Made by a program: the position numbers and the translations under genes. A stretch of 63,314 nucleotides of DNA, counting the filler, from Nemertoderma westbladi (taxonomy: Eukaryota > Animalia > Xenacoelomorpha), in the NCBI GenBank assembly GCA_032718475.1. It is 3 parts of 3 records of this genome, joined end to end, with 100 filler letters (N's around TTAATTAATTAA, not from the genome) between each part and the next. Parts side by side here need not be neighbours in the genome. Positions count along the whole stretch, not along the records: positions 28,804 to 52,041 come from JAUCBJ010003367.1; 2 more parts are not named here. The stretch is one strand, 5' to 3'. Shown piece after piece: positions 36,001 to 49,100 of this stretch. Under the pieces are notes generated by a model. That model ran no database searches. It had not been told where the DNA came from and saw only the letters and a program-made list of their open reading frames with translations. Numbering within the stretch: position 1 is the stretch's first letter; each line of letters opens with the position of its first letter.

Positions 36001-36790
36001 TGCGCCCAATAATCTACGTTCAGTAGAGGCTAGTGGTACCAGTTTTGGTGGCTGTCTGTCCTTGCCATTACGGAATATGTATATGATACAAGGTGGTTTG
36101 TCTGCCATCTTCTGCAATTTTCCCTGGTTTCGTTGGCCGGTTGGTCGGTCCACCACGAACAGTTCTCGGACTTTCCTCAGTTGATGCAAAGTTAACCCAG
36201 CCAAATGATCTTCAACATATTTCTCAACAGCTTTCAATAATTTGTTTTCAGATAAGTTTGCCGTGTCGAGGTCAGCTAACTGGGTAGCCATTGAGATATA
36301 TTTAACTTTCGCAGTGTTGTCAAATGGTTCAGAGATTTGATCTGTTATTAGCCGCAGGAGTTCCATATCACGGTGAACACTGGTCCCTATCGAAGTAGCC
36401 CTTGAGGATCGATCATCAGTGGCTACTACATTGGTGTCTCCGCCATCAGTTCCAATTTCCTTAGTCACGCCATTATTAGTGGCAACACAATTTGTGTCAC
36501 CCTCTTCTGTAACAACAAAATTCGTGTTACCATTTTCAGGGACAACACCATTCTTATCATAGTCATCTATGACAACATCATTCCTATCTCCATAATCAAT
36601 GACGAATTCATTTTTATCGTTGTCATAATTCTTCCTGTTTTCACCTCTGACAACTCTATCTGTGTCATCGTTTTCAGCGGCAACCCTATTTGGGTCGCCA
36701 TTTTCAGTGTCAACATCATTCGCCTCGCTGTTATCAGTGACAATTTCATTCGTATCACTATTATCCATGAGAAGTGCGCTTGTATCACCA
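33016..36790 (-). pseudogene. Disrupted, 5'-truncated copy of the doublecortin-domain gene
   Basis: Paralog of 43489-45895; T8 versus T7 frameshift at 35705-35712, foldback insertion at 33993-35327, cut at the duplication junction. Confidence 0.85.
33993..35327. mobile_element. 1335-bp foldback (FB/TU-like) element with ~500-bp modular inverted arms
   Basis: Arms built of GAGTAAAAATATC / GAGTGTTGAAAAATATC subrepeats; termini GGTTATATTGAAAAATATCGAGAC / GTCTCGATATTTTTCACCATTACC; TSD ATTCAGAG (33985-33992, 35328-35335); empty site at ~44440. Confidence 0.92.
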
Positions 36791-37527
36791 TTACCGCCAT
36801 CGAGTTAGCCAAAGGAGAACCCCCCAATTCCGATTTGCACCCGATGCGGGTTCTGTTTCTCATTCCTAAGAATAACCCCCCTAGTCTGGAGGGCCAGAAC
36901 TACAGCAAACTATTTAGGGAGTTCGTTGATTCCTGTTTGAATAAGGATCCAGGGCACCGCCCCACTGCGAAGGAGTTGTTGCGACACAAGTTTATCGCTC
37001 GGTTCGCGAGGAAGACGAGTTATCTCGTCGAGTTGATCGATCGCTACAATAAATGGCGACAGGAGAGCGGCAACAGTGACTCCGACGATTCAGATAACGA
37101 TTCGGATGGTTTAGCAGGTGGAGCTATGCAAGGTTACCCGTCGTGGCGGTGGCCTACCGTAAAGACTACAGCTGACCTGGTTGACTCGTACAGTAACAAC
37201 GTAGAGACCACCCCCTCTGAGATACCAACTCCGGAACTCAATATAAATAATAACAAGCGGGAGGTTGAGACTGAAGTAACGCCGCCAACTCCGGTGGTTA
37301 ACGTGGGCTGGTTGGCCATGAACACCGCGTTCAACGCAATCGACGGTGCATCAGCGTTGAACGGGAACTCGATTAGCTCGTTACGCGATACGCTCTCCCG
37401 ACTCGACTCCAGATCACCGGGGTTGTCAACCAGCCTTTTAGAATCACTCCTTAAACGCCTCAATATCGAGCCCGTTGTTAGTGACTCGTCGTCGTCCAGT
37501 ATATCTAATAAACAAGGGTCCTCATGA
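36790..37527 (+). pseudogene. 5'-truncated GCKIII/STE20 kinase (STK24/25/26-like) C-terminal fragment
   Basis: ITAIELAKGEPPNSDLHPMRVLFLIPKNNPPSLEG..YSK.F.EFV..CLNKDP..RPTAKELLRHKFI..ARKTSYLVELIDRY plus C-terminal ..SPGLS..L.. helical tail; kinase subdomains I-VIII absent; AATAAA at 37598. Confidence 0.88.
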
Positions 37528-38461
37528 TTTGGTTTGATTTTATTATTATAATTACGACCTAACTGTAGTTTACTGGATCGCCTTTTTTTGTTATGACAAT
37601 AAATGAGAGATTATCACTGAATAGTCGTTGTTTATGAAGTCAAGGCCCGATATGTGTGTGTGTTTCAGAAATCGCCTAATATAAGACTAATAATTGCTTA
37701 GTCGCCATAAAGTATGTTATCAGTGTTAATAATGGTAGATTAACTGGTTTTCGTTTTAATTGTCCCTTGACAACTTAATTTAATTGTTTTGGTGTTAATC
37801 GAGAGTCAATTATAAAATTATTTAATTGGTTGGGGTTTAGAATTGTTTTGCTCTGGTTAAATATTGGCCAATATTATTTACTACATTATTGCTTTCAAAA
37901 CTTACCTTCCAAAAATTTAGTGTTATCGACTCTCTTTGGTATTAATATTTTCTTGTTAATCATCAACCTTTTCAAGGACTTGGATAGTGAATGAATTATC
38001 TAGAGAGGCTAACTACTAAGTATAATTTCAGTGTGAAAAATTGCAAAACCATTTCATTCCAACTTCCCAGAAAGAATTAAGTTTTAAGAATTAATTATTA
38101 AGAATTACGTTTTTGCTTCTACTTTGGAATGTGATCATGAAACCAAATTTGAACCAAATTAAACAATGACTGACTGCGTTAATACCGCATTACAACATTG
38201 GACGTCAACGTTATTTAGCATTTTCCCATGATTTTTTTTATTGACTTTTATACCTAAATATGAAATTAAATTTATAGTAATTCATATTCTTCAAACTAAT
38301 TTCTATTCCCCGGGGATATTCCATTTTTTATTTAGCTACTTCCTTTAATGACGCAGTGTGGGGCGTCTTCTATGTCAACTAAAGATATCTTATAACACCA
38401 TATCTTGTAAACTTCCGATTGACACCTAAACCATTAAATTTTTTGATATTGTCCAACTTTA

Positions 38462-41400
38462 TTATAAACCAAAATTTGTCCTATTTTATGGCTGATAAAC
38501 ACTGTATTAAATATATAATATTTTGAAGATGATTACTGTACGAATTAAACGTGTCACTTCATCTCTTTGTGTTTTCCTTTATGGGCCGTTTATAACCGCC
38601 ATGACCACGAAATGGTTCCAGTTTGGTAGATTAGAATATTATAGGATTACAATTCATTAAAAAGTAAATAATTATAATATCTTAAACACAGTGAATCACT
38701 CACTAATATTGTAACTAAAATCGTATATAATTGATATTATTCTCTCAGTGCCATCTTTGGTACTACGGATGATCTGGTTGCCAACATAATATATATAATT
38801 GTAATTTCAGGTATTTATTAAATATATACAATTAATATATATTTATTATTCCTATGGATACCGGGTGCTTGTTTAGTTGCGGTTAACGTATACTTATAAA
38901 CAATGGACCAATTAAATCAACATTATTCTAGAATAACATAATCTTGAAAACATTATTTTTTTATCACATTGGTAGTAAAAATAAACGTTAGTGAATGATA
39001 GTGGAAGTAAGAGTGAAATTAACCGCGTTTTTTTTCAAATTAATTTTATATATATATTATTATAAGTTATTAAGTATACGTACTATGTATGTATTTATAT
39101 AATTCAGCCAAAATATACATACAACACTGAAGATTGCTTAGATTGATGATTGTCGGAAGTGTTTAGAATACTCCAGACCTCTCCACATCGCCGTTACTAA
39201 CTACTCCACTGCCTTGTCTGTACCTAACAATTACTTGAGTTGTAACCCTAGTCTTAACGTTGCATCTCTAAGCGTAATGTGCTACATAACATGTCTGGGT
39301 CTACGTAAATTCATATTTATTATTGTTTCAAGTTTCCACTATATAAAACCATTTTGCATAAGTTTATTTTTCTTTTTCTCATTATCCTCTAAACAACTGA
39401 GTTTCATTTTGTGCTGTTTTGTATAATTGAATCCTGGCCATCTGGAGTTCCCGATATATAAATATGCGACTTCTGTAATTACTAATAATGTATTATATAT
39501 TTAGTCGGAATTGTAATTCTCATTATTTTATTGTTGTATTATTACGCAGGGCACTTTCGGTGGTATATTTCCAGTTGGGGTGCTACTTTGATTTCGCGAA
39601 TATTTGATTTCGTTGCTCTACATTAACAGTTAAGGTGCGTGTTTCACATATTAATGGAAAGGATCAGGTTACAGTGTCGGGTTTTTCTAACCAGATCGAT
39701 ATACTAAATTTAGGAACGCAGTTTAGAGCTAAAATTTTCCTGAGGTACTAATTTTTCACTATAAAAAATCTGCCCAAGCAGCACCCTACTTGTCAGGTTG
39801 TAGCAGCACCCTAATTGGAAATCTACCGCGCGGTGGAACGTTACCTAGCAATATGAACGCCAACTTCCTAGTAAGTATAAACGTTTGCATTAATCGTAAC
39901 TAATGATTTACCTTCATGCAACGATAATTATAGGTTAGGTTGTTATTTATTTTTCGGAATTAAACTCAATCTTATGATCACCCCCACCGACCCTTTTCTC
40001 GTCCAGTCTAGTAGTGTGTGTTAATACGGTTCACTTTATTTATTTAACACTAACTAATAACGGTATCAATATGTAAGTTTTAGAGTTCTTGGTAAGTTAT
40101 TTAATATGTCGAACTTGATTAAATTATTTTTTGGTGCAAATTGATTGTTTAATTAATTGTTGGTTCCCCTTTGCACTACCGTTATCTTTCTCACCCGTTG
40201 TGCATTGAATATTTATTGATGGTCTTATGGGTCGAGCCATGCACCGAGCGAAGCCATTCTATGATATATCTACAATCACTTATTCGTTTAAGTGAGAGAA
40301 ATCCAATTTTTCAGTTTAAATGCTTTTCACTATTTTGAGGAAATGCCGTCTATGCCGATATTACTAAATTATTTGATTATTTATTACATGATTATAAAGT
40401 ATAATTTTTTTTCACTTTCTCGAACGCTATCGAGGTTAATAAAGAATTATGAGTTAGTGTCAAAAAAAACATTTTCCCTTGTGATATTGAATTTTTTATT
40501 GGTACTTTTTTTCTTTGTTCTTTAGTTGAAAATAGAAAGAAATGTGTCATAAATAAAATATAAATCACATTGCTTCCATAGTTACTACGATTCGAATTGT
40601 TGTACCTTTTAACAACTCCTGATGCTCCCTTACTAAATGTTAAATATTATTAAATTATATACTTATTATAATTACTATAATAACAAGCTGGCAAGCCTGG
40701 AAGGTTCACGGTCCTCCTACTTAATCAGTACAATAATAATACGTTTTCGTTCGGGTAGGCCTATGTTTCCTTTTCACTTGTTCCCATCGTAGGCGACCTC
40801 ATGCTCCTGTGCTCATCCCACCACGACCACGACCACCAGTTACGAGTTGGGTAGGCGTCTACCGGCAACCGGTAAGTAATTACGCGCCACACGACGTCAT
40901 CCCGCCATCCGCCAACATTTATACTGGTACGGTAAGCCTACCACCTACCGGCTGGCTACCATCGCACCGTAGGTCTACCGCCTACGCCTACCGGTCAACC
41001 GGTAACGGTAGGCTACCGCGTACCGGTACAGCGGTACTCAAAGTCGTACCGGTATTGTCGTAATTGACAAATGCAGGATTAAACCGTAACCCGTTCCAGT
41101 ACCGGTACCATATGCATCTGAACGACTGGACGGTTAATCTCATAGCATAGCTGCATAGGCCTACTGGTAGTCAGTGCGAAGTCGCCTGCGAACATGGCGA
41201 AATATTATATTTACTGCTAGGGCTAGGCTAGGACCTACTGCTGTACTGACCTATGACAGTATGAAGATAGGCAGATAGGCCTACAGTGGTCAGGTAGTAC
41301 CGGTCCGGTATGCCTACTACAGGCAGACAATCAGACAGTACTAGCAGTGCTAATTAATTACCTTAATTAAATCTTCAATTAGGTCATAATGTAGGTCCAA

Positions 41401-44400
41401 ATTTAAAAATCGGCCTCCGTTAATCGATTTACAAATAATTCAGGTACCTCCATGCCAAATATCAGAATCATTCATTGCGTTCCCTATGACAAGATAGCTT
41501 TTTCCTAAACCATGCGAAAACACGCAAATATAGCGCTCACATCGCACAAATACCATCTCGACACCCAATTTTTTGTATGAGCCTTCGCCATCCCTATATC
41601 TAACTTTTGTCCAAATTTTGTTTCGATTGATTAATAAATAACTGAGATATCGCTCTGGACACACACACACACACACACACACACTAACACACACACACAC
41701 ACACATTACGGTAATAATGGTCACCTATGTCAAGGACCGTGAACCAATAATTATTATTATTATTTAATATCGTGCAGCTGCAGACACTAAAGTTGTAATG
41801 ACTGTTTAGTGTTTGGATGGATGTTATGTTGCTCAACTTACGTGACATCTTTTTTAGCTCAATACGAAACATTTCTAGGTCTTTCATTGGTTTTTTTAAC
41901 CGCAAGTTCCTTTAGATTGAATAGGAAATTATTTTATATTAAAGTAAGTAACTTTCTTGCCCGTGGGGCGTAAAAATTATCCCAATTCGACACTTGATTG
42001 TTTTTTTTCCTATTGAATATATCAGTTATTCTACCAGTTAGTTACAACAAAACTTGGACCATGTTCATAAATTGTGTACTACCCAGTACACTTAGAACGT
42101 TTTTCTCAGAATATCTACTCTTTTAATACGTAGGCAGAATTCTTCGAAATTGTTAACTACTAACTATTTTCACTAACTATTTTCATAATTGTGCGATAAG
42201 TAGCACTTTTTCAGCTTTATTACCCTAGTATATCGAGCGAGCGCAGCGAGGGAGAGTTACATAAATATTTATGATATACATACAGGGGTCATAAACGCTG
42301 AATAATGTCATTTTCATAAATGATGTACGTAATTTTGTTACTTTATGTCAATTTATCGGCCTTCTTAATTAATCGGCGTCCTTCATATTGTAATGTATAG
42401 GAATATTAATGAAATTCATATCCATTTTATGCAATTAATTGCAGATGTTAGTGTGATCAAATGTACCGTAAAGGTACATACGGTAAACAATCTTACAGTA
42501 CACTTTAGCCTGCTATGACTATCATCAATGAATAATACTACGTGTTCTAGAAGTTCATTGTTATATTCTAAGTTAGTGATTACTTTGCAACAACGTTCCG
42601 TCCTTTAGGCCACAATGCTGCAAAGAGATTCCTTGCTGCGTTACGAGGATATCATTAGAACGCTCACAAATTGACATATTTTCGATGCTATTTATAGAGC
42701 TATGTTCTAGAAATCCGTTGTTATATAGATATGCTTCCAGGTTTGTCATCATAAGTCTCCACGAACGTGTTGGTATTGAGTGCAGAGCGGATGCACGCTT
42801 AGTGTTATCTGTTCAAAATGGTTACACAATGTAGTGTTTTGAATGTTTTTTAATTCCCTTTATTGTCTTATTAATGCATTGAAGATTGTAATACTTATTA
42901 TTGCCTTTGTATATTATAAATTTCTGACACTAAATATACATTTTTTTGTAATGTCCTGGAAGTCAGCATGCGAATTTATTACTCTAATTTGAATTTATTG
43001 AGAAATTCGATCTCATATTACAATAAAAAATAAGTATAGTTGTAAGCAATGATCTCACTCTCACCAAGGAGTGAGTGTCTGCCATGTTATGAAATCGAAG
43101 GAAACACAAAAAACTACAACTACAATTCGCGCCTAATCGCCATATGGTTAATGAAAGTACCGCGACAAATAAAAGTGAAATTAAATTAGTCTAGACTGTG
43201 CCTTATATTACCTTATATAGCACATTGTGCTGTATAGGTAGGTTAGGGAATAAGGAAAACTTGTTAAATGCATTAATTGTCTCATTACGTTTATATTGAC
43301 ATGGTTGTTGCTCTAAAACCACTTCTTGAAATACGTGGCATTATTTAGGTTGAAGTTAACTTAAAGCATTCAGTTTAATATTCTTCCGACATCCCGTCTT
43401 TAACCCTCGGCATGACTAGCACTACAACAATGTAACCAAACTGAAAGAGTTTGTTGTTCTATTCGCCCGGGGTAACACAGAGTCCTCACTACCGGTTCTC
43501 TTTAAGTGTTGACCCTTGAGTTCCTACGGACTTGTCCCGCGAACTGCATCCAGTCGAGGAGTGTCTCTTGGTTGATGTCCTTGACTCACTATTTGTTGAT
43601 CGAAGTTTCATTGTTCCGTTATAATTTATTGCCTCTGTTTTGGCGTGTTGGGTAGTTCGTGTTTCTTTTTCACCGCTTTGGGAAATTTGTGCTTTTGTTT
43701 TTCTAGACAGAATTGAATCGCCAGTTGCAGCCATTCGAACCTTCATCTCTGACATATCGTTAGACATTGGTTTTTTATTCGGATTATTTTTTATCAACTC
43801 ACCATCGATGTAATCGTCCCATTGTAAACTGTTGACGTCTCTAGCAGGAAGAAACACCATTGAATTCTCTGGTGTTGGCGAATCTGATGATTCGAATTCT
43901 TCGGGAATGGAACTGAGTGTGTATTGCGTGGATGACCTCTGATGTTCTGCTGTTTCTGGATCATAATATGACTCAGACAATAAATAATTTATGCTATTGA
44001 TGTGTTCTGAGTCAATAAAATTCATATAAATATCATCGCTTTGAGATTGGCTAATAGGGTTTTGGTGTTCGGGTTTGCGGCTCGGGTTCGGGTTCAAGAT
44101 ACTTGAGATATTCCAACCTTCCCCTTTATTTATTGCACATTCTACTCGATATGGGATATCGTTCTCTAGCCAGATATCATCTTCTGGTGAGATATCATTA
44201 TCTGGCAAGATATTATTTTCTTGCGAGATATTCCCTGACGTGATATCATTCTCTGGCGCGATATCATCCTCCTGCAAGATATCATTATCTGGTTGCATGT
44301 CATTATCTGGTGTGATATCATTCTCTGGCAAGATATCATTATCTGGTTGGATATCATTATTGTTATCTTCTACAGTACTTTTAATTATACTTTGCCATTT

Positions 44401-45895
44401 GTTAAGAACCGCCGTAGACTGTGTATTATTTCGATATGCATTCAGAGTCATATTGATTTCTTTAACTGAACTTGTTTGAAGAGACTGACTCAACTTTAGT
44501 TGTCCATTTCTAGTTTGTATCGTGTTTGGTGAATCATTTCTTACAGTCCGCCGTCTTTTGGGTGATTCTGATACTGGCGTTGCTGTGACCGGAATGCTTT
44601 GATTAGGTAGATTATCCTTTATAGACCTGCAAGCATAACAAAAGCCCCGAGGTCGGCTAGCCAGTAATACACGTTCATCTCTTTTATTTCGTAATTCTCT
44701 AAACTCTGGTTCCTGCAACGTTTCTGCGCAATAATTATATTTGGCAAGTTCATATCTAGGATTTACTGTCACGGGTTCTGTGGAATGTTTAGTTAAATAA
44801 GTGACTGGTTTTAATCTTTTTTTGTTAGTTATTGGGCGCGGCTTATGTGAGTATACATCACCAATCAATTTCTTCTTTCGGGTGTTAACATTATTCACTG
44901 TATTTATATAAACTCCGATACCGGTGTTGGACGATAGAGGTGCATTCGAGTAACTTCTTGGAATAAAAGTCTCCTTTACTTTCAATGCTACGTACTTGTG
45001 TTGATGTTTCAGTTCCTGAGGTGACCCCACTTCCCTCCCATCTACGTGGAATATTCTGTTAAAACGAATTCGATTATTTCCGTAAAAGCTCATATTTATT
45101 GACTTTATCGCTGCGCCCAATAATCTACGTTCAGTAGAGGCCAGTGGTACCAGTTTTGGTGGCTGTCTGTCCTTGCCATTACGGAATATGTATATGATAC
45201 AAGGTGGTTTGTCTGCCATCTTCTGCAATTTTCCATGGTTTCGTTGGCCGGTTGGTCGGTCCACCACGAACAGTTCTCGGACTTTACTCAGTTGATGCAA
45301 AGTTAACCCAGCCAAATGATCTTCAACATATTTCTCAACAGCTTTCAATAATTTGTTTTCAGATAAGGTGTCGAGGTCAGCTAACTGGGTAGCCATTGAG
45401 ATATATTTAACTTTCGCAGTGTTGTCAAATGGTTCAGAGATTTGATCTGTTATTAGCCGCAGGAGTTCCATATCACGGTGAACACTGGTCCCTATCGAAG
45501 TAGCCCTTGAGGATCGATCATCAGTGGCTACTACATTGGTGTCTCCGCCATCAGTTCCAATTTCCTTAGTCACGCCATTATTAGTGGCAACACAATTTGT
45601 GTCACCCTCTTCTGTAACAACAAAATTCGTGTTACCATTTTCAGGGACAACACCATTCTTATCATAGTCATCTATGACAACATCATTCCTATCTCCATAA
45701 TCAATGACGAATTCATTTTTATCGTTGTCATAATTCTTCCTGTCTTCACCTCTGACAACTCTATCTGTGTCATCGTTTTCAGCGGCAACCCTATTTGGGT
45801 CGCCATTTTTAGTGTCAACATAATTCGCCTCGCTGTTATCAGTGACAATTTCATTCGTATCACTATTATCCATGACAAGTGCGCTTGTATCACCA
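38462..45895. repeat. Tandem segmental duplication, copy B
   Basis: Colinear with 28804-36790. Confidence 0.95.
40683..41747. mobile_element. ~1.07-kb Helentron-associated (HINE/DINE-1-like) non-autonomous element private to copy B
   Basis: Absent from copy A (~31040); starts ACAAG in an AAT tract; 13-bp asymmetric subterminal IR GGTTCACGGTCCT (40703-40715) / AGGACCGTGAACC (41733-41745); (CA)n near the end; terminal GGTCAC..GTGAACC hairpin; no clear TSD. Confidence 0.7.
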
Positions 45896-46074
45896 GCATC
45901 TGTGACATTGCCAGTTGAATCGCTGTCACCACTTACAACATCATGTCTACCACCCTCATCTGCGTTCTTAATTAACGGCAGGGATATCTTTGGGTTAAGG
46001 CTCGGAGTACATCTAGTTGAAAATTTATTTACCGGTTTTTTATTCTCGGGAATGATTTCAATGTCACTAAAAGT
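43489..46074 (-). CDS. Large terminal exon/ORF of a doublecortin (DCX)-domain protein with acidic low-complexity repeats
   Basis: IYIFRNGKD...IFHVDGREV..PQEL...KYVAL..KETF...Y matches the DCX fold pattern (~44945-45210); frame stays open 67 codons upstream of the Met at 45873 to a TAG-type acceptor (CCCTAACTAG) at 46075; 6-aa DIxP(D/E)N repeats. Confidence 0.7.
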   Translation of the reverse strand, partial: TFSDIEIIPENKKPVNKFSTRCTPSLNPKISLPLIKNADEGGRHDVVSGDSDSTGNVTDAGDTSALVMDNSDTNEIVTDNSEANYVDTKNGDPNRVAAENDDTDRVVRGEDRKNYDNDKNEFVIDYGDRNDVVIDDYDKNGVVPENGNTNFVVTEEGDTNCVATNNGVTKEIGTDGGDTNVVATDDRSSRATSIGTSVHRDMELLRLITDQISEPFDNTAKVKYISMATQLADLDTLSENKLLKAVEKYVEDHLAGLTLHQLSKVRELFVVDRPTGQRNHGKLQKMADKPPCIIYIFRNGKDRQPPKLVPLASTERRLLGAAIKSINMSFYGNNRIRFNRIFHVDGREVGSPQELKHQHKYVALKVKETFIPRSYSNAPLSSNTGIGVYINTVNNVNTRKKKLIGDVYSHKPRPITNKKRLKPVTYLTKHSTEPVTVNPRYELAKYNYCAETLQEPEFRELRNKRDERVLLASRPRGFCYACRSIKDNLPNQSIPVTATPVSESPKRRRTVRNDSPNTIQTRNGQLKLSQSLQTSSVKEINMTLNAYRNNTQSTAVLNKWQSIIKSTVEDNNNDIQPDNDILPENDITPDNDMQPDNDILQEDDIAPENDITSGNISQENNILPDNDISPEDDIWLENDIPYRVECAINKGEGWNISSILNPNPSRKPEHQNPISQSQSDDIYMNFIDSEHINSINYLLSESYYDPETAEHQRSSTQYTLSSIPEEFESSDSPTPENSMVFLPARDVNSLQWDDYIDGELIKNNPNKKPMSNDMSEMKVRMAATGDSILSRKTKAQISQSGEKETRTTQHAKTEAINYNGTMKLRSTNSESRTSTKRHSSTGCSSRDKSVGTQGSTLKENR

Positions 46075-46171
46075 CTAGTTAGGGATGAACCAGATTGGTA
46101 ATTTTCCGAGCCAACCGAACCCTGGCTAATCCGGATATACGCCATAAAACATAGCGCAACACATCACCTTC

Positions 46172-49100
46172 AACCCTTTCCACGCACCCAATGGCAGACC
46201 CTTTCCACTCACCCAATGGTTGACCCTTTTCTCTCATCCAATGGCTGACCCTTTTCTCACACCCAACGGCTGACCCTTTCCACTCACCCAATGACTGACC
46301 CTTTCCACTCACCCAATGGCTGACCCTTTCCACTCACCCAATGACTGACCCTTTTCTCTCACCCAATGGCTGACCCTTTTCTCTCACCCAATGGCTGACC
46401 TTTTCCACTCACCCAATGGCTGACCCTTTCCACTCACCCAATGGCTGACCCTTTCCACTCACCCAATGGCTGACCCTTTTCTCTCACCCAATGGCTGATC
46501 CTTTTCTCTCATCCAATGGCTGTCCCTTTCCACTCACCCAATGGCTGACCCTTTTCTCACACCCAACGGCTGACCCTTTCCACTCACCCAATGACTGACC
46601 TTTCCACTCACCCAATGGCTGACCATTTCCACTCACCCAATGGCTGACCCTTTTCTCTCACCCAATGGCTGACCCTTTCCACTCACCCAATGGCTGACCC
46701 TTTCCACTCACCCAATGACTGACCCTTTCCACTCACCCAATGGCTGACCCTTTCCACTCACCCAATGACTGACCCTTTTCTCTCACCCATGGCTGACCCT
46801 TTCCACTCACCCAATGGCTGACCCTTTTCTCTCATCCAATGGCTGACATTTTCCACTCACCCAATGGCTGACCCTTTTCTCTCACCCAATGACTGACCTT
46901 TTCCACTCACCCAATGGCTGGCCCTTTCCACCCACCCAATGGCTGACCCTTTTCTCTCACCCAATGGCTGACCCTTTTCTCTCACCCAATGGCTGACCCT
47001 TTTCTCTCATCCAATGGCTGTCCCTTTCCACTCACACAATGGCTGACCCTTTTCTCACACCCAACGGCTGACCCTTTCCACTCACCCAATGGCTGACCCT
47101 TTTCTCTCACCCAATGGCTGGCCCTTTCCACTCACCCAATGGCTGACCCTTTTCTCTCACCCAATGGCTGACCCTTTTCTCTCACCCAATGGCTGACCCT
47201 TTTCTCTCATCCAATGGCTGTCCCTTTCCACTCACACAATGGCTGACCCTTTTCTCTCACCCAATGGCTGACCTTTTCCACTCACCCAATGGCTGACCCT
47301 TTCCACTCACCCTATGGCTGACCCTTTCCACTCACCCAATGGCTGACCCTTTTCTCTCACCCAATGGCTGACCCTTTCCACTCACCCAATGGCTGACCCT
47401 TTTCTCTCATCCAATGGCTGTCCCTTTCCACTCACACAATGGCTGACCCTTTTCTCTCACCCAATGGCTGACCTTTTCCACTCACCCAATGGCTGACCCT
47501 TTCCACTCACCCTATGGCTGACCCTTTCCACTCACCCAATGGCTGACCCTTTCCACTCACCCTATGGCTGACCCTTTCCACTCACCCAATGGCTGACCCT
47601 TTTCTCTCACCCAATGGCTGACCCTTTCCACTCACCCAATGGCTGACCCTTTCCACTCACCCTATGGCTGACCCTTTCCACTTACCCAATGGCTGACCCT
47701 TTCCACTCACCCTATGGCTGACCCTTTCCACTCACCCAATGGCTGACCCTTTTCTCTCACCCAATGGCTGACCCTTTCCACTCACCCAATGGCTGACCCT
47801 TTCCACTCACCCAATGGCTGACCCTTTTCTGTCACCCAATGGCTGACCCTTTTCTCTCACCCAATGGCTGACCCTTTTCTCTCATCCAATGGCTGTCCCT
47901 TTCCACTCACACAATGGCTGACCCTTTTCTCACACCCAACGGCTGACCCTTTCCACTCACCCAATGGCTGACCCTTTCCACTCACCCAATGGCTGACCCT
48001 TTTCTCTCACCCAATGGCTGGCCCTTTCCACTCACCAAATGGCTGACCCTTTTCTCTCACCCAATGGCTGGCCCTTTCCACTCACCCAATGGCTGGCCCT
48101 TTCCACTCACCCAATGGCTGACCCTTTTCTCTCACCCAATGGCTGACCTTTTCCACTCACCCAATGGCTGACCCTTTCCACTCACCCTATGGCTGACCCT
48201 TTCCACTCACCCAATGGCTGACCCTTTTCTCTCACCCAATGGCTGACCCTTTCCACTCACCCAATGGCTGACCCTTTTCTCTCACCCAATGGCTGACCCT
48301 TTTCTCTCACCCAATGGCTGACCCTTTTCTCTCATCCAATGGCTGTCCCTTTCCACTCACACAATGGCTGACCCTTTTCTCACACCCAACGGCTGACCCT
48401 CTCCACTCACCCAATGGTTGACCCTTTTCTCTCATCCAATAGCTGACCCTTTCCACTCACCCAATGGCTGACCCTTTCCACTCACCCAATGGCTGACCCT
48501 TTCCACTCACCCAATGGCTGACCCTTTTCTCTCACCCAATGGGTGACCCTTTTCTCTCACCCAATGGCTGACCCTTTCCACTCACCCAATGGCTGACCCT
48601 TTTCTCTCACCCAATGGCTGACCTTTTCCACTCACCCTATGGCTGACCCTTTCCACTCACCCAATGGCTGACCCTTTCCACTCACCCAATGGCTGACCCT
48701 TTTCTCTCACCCAATGGCTGACCCTTTTCTCTCACCCAATGGCTGACCCTCTCCACTCACCAAATGGTTGACCCTTTTCTCTCACCCAATGGCTGACCTT
48801 TTCCACTCACCCAATGGCTGACCCTCCTTTTCACTCACCCAATGGCTGACCCTTTTCTCTCACCCAATTACTGACCCTTTTCTCACACCCAACGGCTGAC
48901 CCTTTTCTCTCACCCAACGGCTGACCCTCTCCACTCACCCAATGACTGACCCTTTCCACTCACCCAATGGCTGACCCTTTCCACTCACCCAATGACTGAC
49001 CCTTTTCTCTCACCCAATGGCTGACCCTTTCCACTCACCCAATGACTGACCCTTTTCTCTCACCCAATGGCTGACCCTTTCCACTCACCCAATGGCTGAC

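Larger units (their letters stand above)
28804..36790. repeat. Tandem segmental duplication, copy A
   Basis: Colinear and highly similar to 38462-45895 apart from private insertions. Confidence 0.95.
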
